32,000 nucleotides of DNA from Clostridiales bacterium (GTDB lineage: Bacteria; Bacillota; Clostridia; Christensenellales; Aristaeellaceae): positions 15,708 to 47,707 of the forward strand of contig SFIM01000002.1 of the NCBI GenBank assembly GCA_004556155.1. The letters run 5' to 3'. The position numbers were made by a program, and so were the translations under genes. Each line of letters starts with the position of its first letter. The first letter of the stretch is position 1. Of the stretch, positions 16,125 to 24,587 are shown in pieces. The notes beneath the pieces were generated by a model. That model saw only the letters and a program-made list of their open reading frames with translations, made no database searches and was not told the DNA's origin.

Positions 16125-16814
16125 TTATTTTGCTGTTTTGGCAGTCAAAGCCTCCAGCATTTTTGCCGCTTCTGCCAAGAGCTTTGGCGTAGTCTCCGGA
16201 TAGGTAAGCTCCGCAGGCGGAACCTCAAACGCCCTGATCTCCTTCATTTCGCTTTCAGGCAGCTCCCCCAGTGCATGAACGACGGCAAGAAAAACCATGC
16301 CGTTTGCGCACGCTTGACGGTTAAACCCCCAACAGTCGCACACGGGATAGATTTCCGCATCCCTGACGCCGCTTTCCTCAAAAAGCTCGCGTTTTGCGCA
16401 TGCAAGCGGCGTTTCGCCCGCTTCAATATGCCCGCCCTGCGTTTCCCAGGTGCTGCGCTGCCTGTGCCTTGAAAGGAGCCATTTTCCCTGATAAGCAGCG
16501 CAGATTACCGTATATTTGTATCGTTCAAGAAAACCAATCGGAAAAATCCTGCATTGCAATTCCCTGCGCATCAATTCGCGTTCAATCCTGGGCGCATTCA
16601 GATCAACGCCCATATTGCCGCATTTTTCAATCGCAGCCTTATGGCCTTGCAGCGCTGCCTGACGATACCAACAGGCAGCCTGCTCCATATCCTGATGTCC
16701 GTCGCCTGCATGCTCATAGTACGCAGCAAGGGTATAGCGCGCGGCGCAGTCTCCCTGATCAGCCGCCCGGCGTATCTGATGCATTTCTTCAAATGCTTCG
16801 TTTTTATCAGGCAT
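16125..16814 (-). CDS. Sel1-like repeat / NUDIX hydrolase fusion protein
   Basis: N-terminal AADQGDCAARYTLAAYYEHAGDGHQDMEQAACWYRQAALQGHKAA is a Sel1/TPR-like repeat. C-terminal Nudix box is GHIEAGETPLACAKRELFEESGV. Start at ATG 16814 has a GAGGAG SD 6 nt upstream. The ORF-track ATG at 16859 lies inside the -10 box. Confidence 0.7.
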   Translation of the reverse strand: MPDKNEAFEEMHQIRRAADQGDCAARYTLAAYYEHAGDGHQDMEQAACWYRQAALQGHKAAIEKCGNMGVDLNAPRIERELMRRELQCRIFPIGFLERYKYTVICAAYQGKWLLSRHRQRSTWETQGGHIEAGETPLACAKRELFEESGVRDAEIYPVCDCWGFNRQACANGMVFLAVVHALGELPESEMKEIRAFEVPPAELTYPETTPKLLAEAAKMLEALTAKTAK

Positions 16815-16857
16815 ATTTGGCTCCTCTTCTGCAATCATCTTCTGGAATATGCACTCC

Positions 16858-16887
16858 ATAATAGCATAGAAGCAAGCCGCTTTTCAA
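16858..16887 (-). promoter_or_regulatory. Sigma-A promoter of the Sel1-NUDIX gene
   Basis: Minus strand reads TTGAAA-18 nt-TATTAT. Confidence 0.55.
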
Positions 16888-16910
16888 TCGCCACGTGCGA
16901 TCTATTGCGC

Positions 16911-16954
16911 AAAAACGGGCAGCATCCAGCCATCGCCGCATGCTGTCCGTTTTT
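16911..16954 (-). terminator. Intrinsic terminator downstream of gerM
   Basis: 12-bp stem (AACGGACAGCAT / ATGCTGCCCGTT on the minus strand, one mismatch) followed by TTTTT. Confidence 0.7.
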
Positions 16955-16975
16955 CTACAGGCCGATCTGCCGCTC

Positions 16976-18025
16976 TCAATCGATCTCGATTACGCCGGGA
17001 TAATAGCTCATCACCTCGGTGTCCAGGTTGATCGCCGTGCGGCGCGCCTCCTCGGGCAGCTCGTAGGGAGCGCCATCCACCTGCAGCTTTACCTCCTTTA
17101 CGCCGGGGAACTGCGAAGCGGTATATACGATGGCGCGCAGCATCTGCACCTGATCCTGCCCATCCTCGGACGCAAACTCCTTGGTCAGGTTAATCGTCAC
17201 CACGCCGTTTTTCATCGACACGTTTTTCACCGCGCAGCCCTCAGGCATGGCGCGTTCCAGGCCGCTATCCGCCTTGGGGCCATGGCACAATTCCACCATG
17301 GCGGTGGTGATATCTGCATCCGAATACACCACGCGCGTAACGGGCACCAGCATGCGCCCCGTCGCAGAGGGGAAGTACAGCCGCAGAAGGCTGGCGCTCT
17401 TGTCGCCCGCATCGAAGGTGGCCACGGTTTCCATGTTCAAATCCTTATCGGTAAACACGCCCGACACATTGGTGCCATGCGTCAGCTTGGAACGCGCTTG
17501 GCCGTCAAACAGGAATGTAACCTCCTTGACGCTTGAAAAGGCCGTCAGCGTCTGCGCCACCGCGCCCACCATCAGGCTTTCTGCCTCGGCGCTGCCGCAG
17601 GATAGCGCCGCCTTGCCCAGATCCACACGGGCGCGGCCGTCCGCGATGTCCAGATCAAAGGTCGTTCCTTCGGGCACCACGGTTTTCAGACCCATCTTGG
17701 CTGCGGCCAGATCGTTTTCCGGGCTTTGTACCAAACGGCTCAGGGCCGCCTTGGCAATGCCGTCTGTCTTGGCCACGCGCGTGGTAACAGGCACCAGATA
17801 CCCCTCGCCATCCTGATAATAGACGGTAACGCTCTGCATATCCTGCGCACTCTGCGCCGCGGTTTCGGTTACGTTCACCGCGGTATTCTGCGACAACTGC
17901 CCCTGCTCATAGCGGCTCATGGCCGTTTCGTCCCCGCGCAGCGCCAGCGCCACCACCAGCGCCGCTGATACCAGGATCAGCATTCTCTCCACATCCGCCC
18001 GCGTGATTCTCCATTTCAGTTTCAC
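16976..18025 (-). CDS. gerM: GerM-like sporulation/germination protein (two GerMN domains)
   Basis: N-terminal TM anchor, then two repeats of the GerMN pattern (...VTVYYQDGEGYLVPVTRVV... and ...LRLYFPSATGRMLVPVTRVVY...). GTG start at 18025 is preferred because AAGGGGTGA lies 5 nt upstream. The alternative ATG at 18046 has no SD. Confidence 0.75.
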   Translation of the reverse strand: MKLKWRITRADVERMLILVSAALVVALALRGDETAMSRYEQGQLSQNTAVNVTETAAQSAQDMQSVTVYYQDGEGYLVPVTTRVAKTDGIAKAALSRLVQSPENDLAAAKMGLKTVVPEGTTFDLDIADGRARVDLGKAALSCGSAEAESLMVGAVAQTLTAFSSVKEVTFLFDGQARSKLTHGTNVSGVFTDKDLNMETVATFDAGDKSASLLRLYFPSATGRMLVPVTRVVYSDADITTAMVELCHGPKADSGLERAMPEGCAVKNVSMKNGVVTINLTKEFASEDGQDQVQMLRAIVYTASQFPGVKEVKLQVDGAPYELPEEARRTAINLDTEVMSYYPGVIEID

Positions 18026-18057
18026 CTGTTTCACCCCTTGTCTCATGCTTGTAGGGC

Positions 18058-18086
18058 ATTGTATGCGCCAGCTTTTTATGCTATGA
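18058..18086 (-). promoter_or_regulatory. Candidate sigma-E-type promoter of gerM
   Basis: Minus strand reads TCATAGC-N14-CATACAAT. The -10 is a perfect CATACAnT and the spacing is the canonical 14 nt. Confidence 0.5.
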
Positions 18087-18087
18087 T
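18059..18087 (+). promoter_or_regulatory. Candidate sigma-A promoter of rqcH
   Basis: TTGTAT-17 nt-TATGAT on the plus strand. It uses the same nucleotides as the gerM sigma-E candidate, read in the opposite direction. Confidence 0.45.
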
Positions 18088-18105
18088 TGCTATGGGTGAT
18101 GCTTT

Positions 18106-19845
18106 ATGCCATTGGATGGCCTGACGCTTGGTTTTATTGCGCGCGAGCTGCAGCAAACGCTGGGCGGCGCGCGCGTGGAGCGCGTGACGCAGCCGGAAAA
18201 GGATATGCTGCTGCTGGCACTGCGCAATAACGGCCAGAATTATAAACTGATTCTTTCCGCCAGCCCCAGCTTTGCGCGCGCGCATCTGACAAAGGGGCAG
18301 TTTATCAATCCCATCGACGCGCCGATGTTCTGCATGCTGATGCGCAAGCACCTGTCGGGCGGACGGCTGATGGAAATCTCCCAGCTAAACGGCGACCGCG
18401 TGCTGCTGCTGCGCTTTGAAGCTCAGGACGAGCTGGGCGTGATGCATCCGTATGAGATGTATCTGGAAGCCATGGGCAGGCACAGCAACCTGACGCTGGT
18501 GCGAGACGGGCGCATTATCGATGCGATCCGTCATGTGACCGACGATATGAGCCGCGTGCGCCAGGCGCTGCCCGGCCTTCCCTTTACCCTGCCGCCCGCG
18601 CAGGATAAGCTGCCGCCGGAATGCACAACGGAAGCGGCGCTCTTGGCGCGCCTGTCCGGCTGCACCGGACGGCTGGATAAAGCACTGTCCGGGTGCATAT
18701 CGGGTTTGTCCGCCATTGCGGCGCGCGAGCTTAGCTTCCGCCTGACGGGCGCAGAACAGGCCGAGCTTGCCGCCGTTCAGCTGCCTGAGCTTTGCGCGCG
18801 ACTAAGCAGCTTCCTATCGCGCCTGCCCCAGATGGGCCCGCCGGTGCTGCTGCTGGATGAAAACGGCCTGCCCGCCGATGTGTTCCCCTTCCTGTACCTA
18901 TCCTATCCGGCAGATCGCCAGCGGGCGGCAGGCAGCCTGTCCGCCGCGCTGGATGAATACTACGACGGCCGCGACCGCCGCGACCGCGTGCAGCAGCGCT
19001 CCGCCAGCCTTCGCAGGCTGGTCAAAACGCATCTGGAACGGTGCGAGAAAAAGCTGGCTCTGCAGGAAGAGGAACTGCTCAACGCCGACAAGATGGAGGA
19101 TTACCGCGTGATGGGCGAATTGCTTACCGCGCAGTTGCATCTGGTGCCGCGCGGCGCGCAGCAGGTAACGCTGCCCGATTATTACACCGGCGGCACGCTG
19201 GATATCCCCCTGGACGTGCGCCTATCTCCCTCGCAAAACGCGCAGCGCTATTTCAAGCGCTATCAGAAGGCGCGCGCAGCGGCAAGGCTGGCGGCGGAGC
19301 AGAAGGAAAAAACGCTGGCGGAAATTCGCCTGCTGGAGGAAGCGCTGGTCGGGCTGGAAAGCAGCGAAAACGAGGACGATCTAAACGACGTGCGCCGCAT
19401 GCTGACCGAGGCTGGCGTGATCAAAAAGACGGCGGCAGAGCGCAAAAAGCAGCCCAAGAGCCAGCGGCAGTCCGCGCCCATGCGGTTCAACGCAGCCGAC
19501 GGCACAGAAATCGCCGTGGGCAAAAACGCCCTGCAAAATGAGCGGCTTACCCTGTCCGCACGCGGCGAGGATATCTGGCTGCACGCCAAGGATATGCCCG
19601 GCTCGCATGTGATTATCCACGCCGAGGGCCGTGAGGTCAGCGACGATACCCTGCTGACCGCCGCCAGGCTCGCCGCCTTTTACAGCAAGGCTCGCGGCGT
19701 GGCTGTGCCGGTGGATTACACGCTGCGCAAATTTGTCAAAAAGCCCTCCGGCGCCCCGGCAGGTTTCGTCAACTACACCAGGCAGAAAACGCTGATCATC
19801 ACAGTCTCCGAAGCGGAAATACGAAAAATAAACCAAATCAAATAG
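18106..19845 (+). CDS. rqcH: Ribosome quality-control protein RqcH (NFACT family, FbpA-like)
   Basis: 579 aa. NFACT-N start MPLDGLTL..IARELQ...RVERVTQPEKDMLLL..., GRHSNLTLV, a coiled-coil middle region, and NFACT-R WLHAKDMPGSHVII. Confidence 0.9.
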   Translation: MPLDGLTLGFIARELQQTLGGARVERVTQPEKDMLLLALRNNGQNYKLILSASPSFARAHLTKGQFINPIDAPMFCMLMRKHLSGGRLMEISQLNGDRVLLLRFEAQDELGVMHPYEMYLEAMGRHSNLTLVRDGRIIDAIRHVTDDMSRVRQALPGLPFTLPPAQDKLPPECTTEAALLARLSGCTGRLDKALSGCISGLSAIAARELSFRLTGAEQAELAAVQLPELCARLSSFLSRLPQMGPPVLLLDENGLPADVFPFLYLSYPADRQRAAGSLSAALDEYYDGRDRRDRVQQRSASLRRLVKTHLERCEKKLALQEEELLNADKMEDYRVMGELLTAQLHLVPRGAQQVTLPDYYTGGTLDIPLDVRLSPSQNAQRYFKRYQKARAAARLAAEQKEKTLAEIRLLEEALVGLESSENEDDLNDVRRMLTEAGVIKKTAAERKKQPKSQRQSAPMRFNAADGTEIAVGKNALQNERLTLSARGEDIWLHAKDMPGSHVIIHAEGREVSDDTLLTAARLAAFYSKARGVAVPVDYTLRKFVKKPSGAPAGFVNYTRQKTLIITVSEAEIRKINQIK

Positions 19846-19854
19846 CCCGCCGCC

Positions 19855-19883
19855 TTCCCAGCCGCGGGCAAATGATGTAGAAT
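19855..19883 (+). promoter_or_regulatory. Weak candidate sigma-A promoter of the M42 cluster
   Basis: TTCCCA-17 nt-TAGAAT. No terminator separates it from rqcH. Confidence 0.3.
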
Positions 19884-19916
19884 AGTAGCACTTGCGTACA
19901 GAAAGGATGGTAAGCA

Positions 19917-20954
19917 ATGCGAACAGAGGATTTTCTGCGCCAGGTCACGGCTCTTCCCGGGCTTTCGGGCAACGAGGGTGAAGTGGCGCGCTTTATCGCC
20001 GAAGCCTTTCGCCCTTATTGCGATGAGGTTACGATCGACCCGTTAAACAGCGTCATCGGCCATATCAGGGGAAACGGCCCCAAGGTAATGCTGTGCGCGC
20101 ATCTGGACGAAATTGGCCTGATGGTATCCGATATCGAAAAGGACGGTTCGCTGCGCATGCGCAGCGTTGGCGGCGTGGATCCGCGCATCTTGCCCGGCAT
20201 GCGCGTGACGGTATACGGCCGTGAACGGCTGATGGGCGTCATCGGCGCCAAGGCGCCGCACCTTCTGTCTGCCGCCGACCGTGAAAAGAACTACGCCCGC
20301 GAGGATTTGTATGTCGATCTGGGCATGAGCGCCCAGCGCGTGCGCGAGCTGGTGCAGATCGGCGACTGCATCGCGCTGGAGGGCGGCTTTACCAAGCTGC
20401 TCAATGATCGTTATGCCAGCAAAACCATTGATGACCGCGGCTGCGTGGCCATTTTGCTGCGCACGATGGAGGCGCTGCAGCGCATCGATACCCAGGCCGA
20501 TCTCTATTTTGTCGCCTCCTGCCAGGAAGAGGTCGGCTCCATCGGCGCGATGACCTCCGCCTACGGCATCTATCCCGATTTCGCCGTGGCGCTGGACGTC
20601 AACCATGCCAAGACGCCCGGCTCTCCCGACCTTGAAACCTTTGACCTGGGCAGCCCGCTGGCCACCATGGGGCCTTTCATCCACCCCATGCTGCGCAGAA
20701 GGCTTGGCGAAATCGCCAAGGAAAACAACATTACCCTGCAATCCGCCGTCGCCCCGCGCTATACCTATACCGATGCGGACAATATCGGCCTGGCCCGCGA
20801 CGGCGTGCCATCGGTGCTGCTGGAGCTGCCGCTCAAGTACATGCACACCTCAGTGGAAACCTTTGATATGCACGCGCTGACCGAGTGCGCGCGCCTGCTG
20901 ACGGCCTACTGCGCCGCCATTGACGACAGCTGGAGGGATGAACTGTGGAATTAA
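19917..20954 (+). CDS. M42-family metallo-aminopeptidase, paralog 1
   Basis: Ligand motifs CAHLDEIG, IDDRGC, CQEEVGS, ALDVNHA and YMHTSVE. Confidence 0.9.
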   Translation: MRTEDFLRQVTALPGLSGNEGEVARFIAEAFRPYCDEVTIDPLNSVIGHIRGNGPKVMLCAHLDEIGLMVSDIEKDGSLRMRSVGGVDPRILPGMRVTVYGRERLMGVIGAKAPHLLSAADREKNYAREDLYVDLGMSAQRVRELVQIGDCIALEGGFTKLLNDRYASKTIDDRGCVAILLRTMEALQRIDTQADLYFVASCQEEVGSIGAMTSAYGIYPDFAVALDVNHAKTPGSPDLETFDLGSPLATMGPFIHPMLRRRLGEIAKENNITLQSAVAPRYTYTDADNIGLARDGVPSVLLELPLKYMHTSVETFDMHALTECARLLTAYCAAIDDSWRDELWN

Positions 20955-21958
20955 AGCAACTGTGTGAAATCCATGCCCCCTCGGGCGATGAGGGGCAGCT
21001 GCGCAAGCTGCTGTTAGAGGAGGGCAAGCGCCTGTGCGGCGCGGAAAACGCGCGCATTGACCGCTCCGGCAACGTGGTATGCACCCGAAAGGGCACCCAG
21101 CCCGGCAAGCCGCATGTGTGCGTATCGGCCCATATGGATGAGGTAGGCTTCATCATCGAGGCCGCCACGGAGGACGGTCTGCTGCGCTTCCACCCCATCG
21201 GCGGCATCGATCCGCGCGTGGTAGTATCCAAACGCGTGCTGGTGGGCCATGATCTATTGCCCGGCGTAATCGGCGCGATGGCCATCCACCTGCAATCCGC
21301 CGCTGACCGCAACCGCGTGCTGGGCTTTGATGGCCTGTACATTGATATCGGCGCGAAGGATAAAGCCGAAGCGCTGGCCAAGTGCCCCGTGGGCACCTAT
21401 GCCTATTTCGATACCCCCTATCAGCCCTTTGGCGACGGCTTTGTGTGCGCCAAGGCGCTGGACGACCGCGTGGGCTGCTACACCATTCTGGAATTGATGC
21501 GCGAAACCTATCCCTGCGACGTCACCTTTGTGTTCGCCGTGCAGGAGGAGGTCGGCTGCCGCGGCTCCCATGGCGCGGCCTACGGCGTACAGCCCGATAT
21601 CGTGCTGAACCTGGAAGGCACGGCGGCCAATGATCTGGGCTGCGTGGATGATCAGTTCAAGGTCTGCCGTCCCACCCAGGGTGTGGCCGTCAGCTTTATG
21701 GACGGCAGCAGCATCGGCCAGCGTAAGCTGTTTAAGGAGATTCTGGATCTGGCCGAGCACGAGCATATTCCGCATCAGATCAAACGCGGCGTAACGGGCA
21801 GCAACGACGCATCCGCCTATCAGCGCGCCGCAGCCGGCTGCCTTACCTGTGTGCTGTCCGTGCCCTGCCGCTATATCCACAGCGGCGCATCGGTAGCCTA
21901 TCTGGAGGATATTCAATCGCAATATGAGCTTGTGCACGCCTTTTTGATGCACGCCTGA
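20945..21958 (+). CDS. M42-family metallo-aminopeptidase, paralog 2
   Basis: Ligand motifs SAHMDEVG, LDDRVG, VQEEVGC, VLNLEGT and RYIHSGAS. GTG start has a GGAGGG SD and overlaps paralog 1 by 10 nt. Confidence 0.9.
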   Translation: MELKQLCEIHAPSGDEGQLRKLLLEEGKRLCGAENARIDRSGNVVCTRKGTQPGKPHVCVSAHMDEVGFIIEAATEDGLLRFHPIGGIDPRVVVSKRVLVGHDLLPGVIGAMAIHLQSAADRNRVLGFDGLYIDIGAKDKAEALAKCPVGTYAYFDTPYQPFGDGFVCAKALDDRVGCYTILELMRETYPCDVTFVFAVQEEVGCRGSHGAAYGVQPDIVLNLEGTAANDLGCVDDQFKVCRPTQGVAVSFMDGSSIGQRKLFKEILDLAEHEHIPHQIKRGVTGSNDASAYQRAAAGCLTCVLSVPCRYIHSGASVAYLEDIQSQYELVHAFLMHA

Positions 21959-21977
21959 CGATAAGGAGGTAACAATC

Positions 21978-22970
21978 ATGCTTCGAGATACGCTCAAAAC
22001 CCTGCTTGCCGCCTACGGTCCCAGCGGCAACGAGCATACCGTGGCCGAAACCGTCAAGGGTCTGATCGCCTCGCATGTGGACAGCATGCGCGTGGATGCG
22101 ATGGGCAACCTGATCGTTGAAAAGCTGGGCACGGATGAAAACGGCAAGCGCATCATGTTTTCCGCCCATATGGATCATATCGGCTTCGTTGTCACCGATA
22201 TCGATGAAAACGGCTTCCTTCGCGTGCATAACGTTGGCGGCGTAAATCCTGTGATCTCCAACGCCCGCCATGTGGTGTTTGAAAACGGCGTGGAAGGTGT
22301 GATCTACTGCCAGCCGCTCAAGGGCGAAAACCCGGCGATGAAGTATCTATTCATCGATATCGGCGCGGAGGATCGCGCCGACGCGGAGCGCAGCGTGCAG
22401 GTGGGCGATATGGCTGTGTACGCGCCTGATTTCTTTGAGCTGGGCGAAAACCGTGTGGCTTCCCCCGCCATGGACGATCGCTGCGCCTGCGCCCTGCTGT
22501 GCGAAATGCTGATGTACCTGGACGAAACACCCAACACCGTGGTGGCTGTCTTCAGCACCCAGGAGGAAGTGGGCTGCCGCGGCGCAATGACCGCCGCTTA
22601 CAGCGTGCGCCCCGATATGGGGGTGGCGCTGGATGTGACCGCCTGGGGCGATACGCCCGAGGTCAAGCTGCCCGCCGTCAAGCTTGGTAAGGGGCCTGCG
22701 GTCAAGTTCATCGACAGCAGCATGATCGCCACCCCTGCCGTGCGCGATTTGATGCTGCGCGCCGCGGAGGAGGCCGGCGTTGCCGCCCAGCGCGAGGTGC
22801 TGCCCTTTGGCGGCACGGACGGCAGCTCCATCCAGCGCTCCCGCGCGGGCGTGCCTACCGGCACCCTGTCCATCCCCTGCCGCTATGTCCACTCCCCTGC
22901 CGAGGTCATCGATATGCGCGATATGGAAGGCGCACTCAAGCTCCTGCTGAAGCTGGTTGAAATCGCATAG
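21978..22970 (+). CDS. M42-family metallo-aminopeptidase, paralog 3
   Basis: Ligand motifs SAHMDHIG, MDDRCA, TQEEVGC, ALDVTAW and RYVHSPAE. AAGGAGG SD lies 8 nt upstream. Confidence 0.9.
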   Translation: MLRDTLKTLLAAYGPSGNEHTVAETVKGLIASHVDSMRVDAMGNLIVEKLGTDENGKRIMFSAHMDHIGFVVTDIDENGFLRVHNVGGVNPVISNARHVVFENGVEGVIYCQPLKGENPAMKYLFIDIGAEDRADAERSVQVGDMAVYAPDFFELGENRVASPAMDDRCACALLCEMLMYLDETPNTVVAVFSTQEEVGCRGAMTAAYSVRPDMGVALDVTAWGDTPEVKLPAVKLGKGPAVKFIDSSMIATPAVRDLMLRAAEEAGVAAQREVLPFGGTDGSSIQRSRAGVPTGTLSIPCRYVHSPAEVIDMRDMEGALKLLLKLVEIA

Positions 22971-23006
22971 TTTTTCTTTTCTGAACAGCACTTATTGGTT
23001 TTTCAC

Positions 23007-23041
23007 GGGCGAATCACGCAGGCGGCGCGGTTCGCCCTTTT
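23007..23041 (+). terminator. Intrinsic terminator after the M42 cluster
   Basis: GGGCGAA (23007-23013) pairs with TTCGCCC (23031-23037), followed by TTTT. Confidence 0.6.
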
Positions 23042-23067
23042 GAATGCGCGTCGATCTTAAAAACCCC

Positions 23068-23096
23068 TTGACGCATTTGGGCGCGGGCGTTATCCT
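23068..23096 (+). promoter_or_regulatory. Sigma-A promoter of the YafK-like gene
   Basis: TTGACG-17 nt-TATCCT. A GGAGG SD lies 6 nt before ATG 23126. Confidence 0.6.
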
Positions 23097-23125
23097 ATGC
23101 TTATCAAGCATCCCGGAGGTCATGC

Positions 23126-23581
23126 ATGACGATCCTGATTGAAAAAGCCGCGCGCAGACTGACCGCCGAGCGGGACGGTCAGCGTTTTTGCTGCCGCGTG
23201 GCGCTGGGAAGACACCCTGTCGGCCACAAGCAATGCGAGGGCGATGGTAAAACGCCAGAGGGCGAGTATTATATCTGTCTCAAGCGCGAAACAGGCAAAT
23301 TCGGCTGTGCGCTGGGTATCAGCTACCCCTCCGCATTGGATGCACGGCAGTCCGTGCACGACGGTCGTTTACCTGCCGACCTTCTGCCCCTGTTTGAAGC
23401 GGCTCAGTCGGCACAAAAAAGGCGGCCGCCCTGGGGAACCTCCCTGGGCGGCGAAATCTACATTCACGGCGGCGGAAACGCGCCGGATTGGACGGCAGGC
23501 TGCATCGCCCTGAGCGACGCAGATATGGCTGTGCTTTTTGCCATGGCGCGCGAAGGCGATACGGTGCGCATCATTCCGTAG
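23126..23581 (+). CDS. L,D-transpeptidase-fold protein (YafK-like), no signal peptide
   Basis: 151 aa. GDGKTPEGEYYI, ISYPS and IYIHGGGNAPDWTAGCIALSDADM match the YkuD/YafK catalytic domain with the His...Cys pair. The N-terminus is hydrophilic. Confidence 0.7.
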   Translation: MTILIEKAARRLTAERDGQRFCCRVALGRHPVGHKQCEGDGKTPEGEYYICLKRETGKFGCALGISYPSALDARQSVHDGRLPADLLPLFEAAQSAQKRRPPWGTSLGGEIYIHGGGNAPDWTAGCIALSDADMAVLFAMAREGDTVRIIP

Positions 23582-24587
23582 CCTTGTAAATAGCCAGGAA
23601 CAGCGCGCCATCCTGCGCCTGCGCTTCAAAGCGGATGGAGAAATCATAATCGTTGCGGAAAATGAAATTGATGCCTTTCGCTTCGTTGCCAACAGCCGCG
23701 TCCATATCGGCAGGCAAATACTCAGCGCTGCCAGGGCCATGGGAGCGGCGCAGAGTGATAGTAATTCCCGGCAATTGCAGCAGCAGGTTATACATGGTGC
23801 TGGATACCTGGCACACACCGCCGCCAGGGCCCAGACCCCAGCCAGTTTCAATCAGCACAGGGCCCTTCACATAGCCCTTGCTGGGATAGAAGGGGCCATA
23901 GTGGTTATTATAGTTGATGGTCTTGCCGCTTTGCAAGATTTCATTGTTGATATAATCGCAATTAACGCCGATATTGACCTCTTTGCCATGCTTGCTCACA
24001 TCGTCCGAACCCGTCACATAATAGGTAGTGAAGGTAGCAATGGGCGCTTCGTCCGTGCCTGCATCGTCCTCCGGGCATACGGGCAGCAGCTCACTCAGCT
24101 CGTTGGTGTTCACATAGCCGTACTGGCGATAATAGGCCAGATACGCCCAACCGTTCACAACGCCAATAATGGAGATACGCGTGTCCGCCGTCAAGGGAAT
24201 CAACACGTCCGCGCTCTCATCAGCCTCTGTACGCACCTTAGCGCCGTTCGCGCCTACTGTGCCTACATACCCGTACATTTCCACGCCAAAGGGCGGCGTG
24301 GTGCTGGAATCGATGGCCTTGCCCGATTCCAGATGGCGGCGCAGCACATAGCCGACGACACCGCTGCTGTTGATATATGCCCATTCCGGATCAAAGGAAT
24401 ACACCTTAACGCTTGCGCCCTGATAGATGCGGCCAAGCGTTTTGCTTTGCGTGCTGGGCTCGCTGTAAATCGGAGCGCTGATTTTGGGGTTGGCCGTCCA
24501 GAGCGCCGTCAGCTTTTCAGCCCGCACCACAGGCAGGGTAATCATCAACAGCGCCAGCACCAGCGCCAGGCACAGGAATCTTTTCAT
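23571..24587 (-). CDS. VanW-family protein with N-terminal SH3b-like repeats
   Basis: Signal peptide MKRFLCLALVLALLMITLPVVRA. Two SH3b-like segments. VanW core PGGGVCQVSSTMYN. Start ATG 24587 (GGGAGAG SD) overlaps the upstream stop as ATGA. Confidence 0.8.
   Translation of the reverse strand: MKRFLCLALVLALLMITLPVVRAEKLTALWTANPKISAPIYSEPSTQSKTLGRIYQGASVKVYSFDPEWAYINSSGVVGYVLRRHLESGKAIDSSTTPPFGVEMYGYVGTVGANGAKVRTEADESADVLIPLTADTRISIIGVVNGWAYLAYYRQYGYVNTNELSELLPVCPEDDAGTDEAPIATFTTYYVTGSDDVSKHGKEVNIGVNCDYINNEILQSGKTINYNNHYGPFYPSKGYVKGPVLIETGWGLGPGGGVCQVSSTMYNLLLQLPGITITLRRSHGPGSAEYLPADMDAAVGNEAKGINFIFRNDYDFSIRFEAQAQDGALFLAIYKATE

Noticed and set aside
19917-22970. Reading the M42 genes as endoglucanases (the historical 'cellulase M' label)
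   Set aside because: The metal-ligand motifs are those of M42 aminopeptidases. There are no glycoside hydrolase motifs or signal peptides.
23571-24587. VanW as evidence of a vancomycin-resistance cluster
   Set aside because: No vanH/A/X, vanR/S or D-Ala-D-Lac/Ser ligase genes are nearby. VanW-domain proteins are widespread outside van operons.
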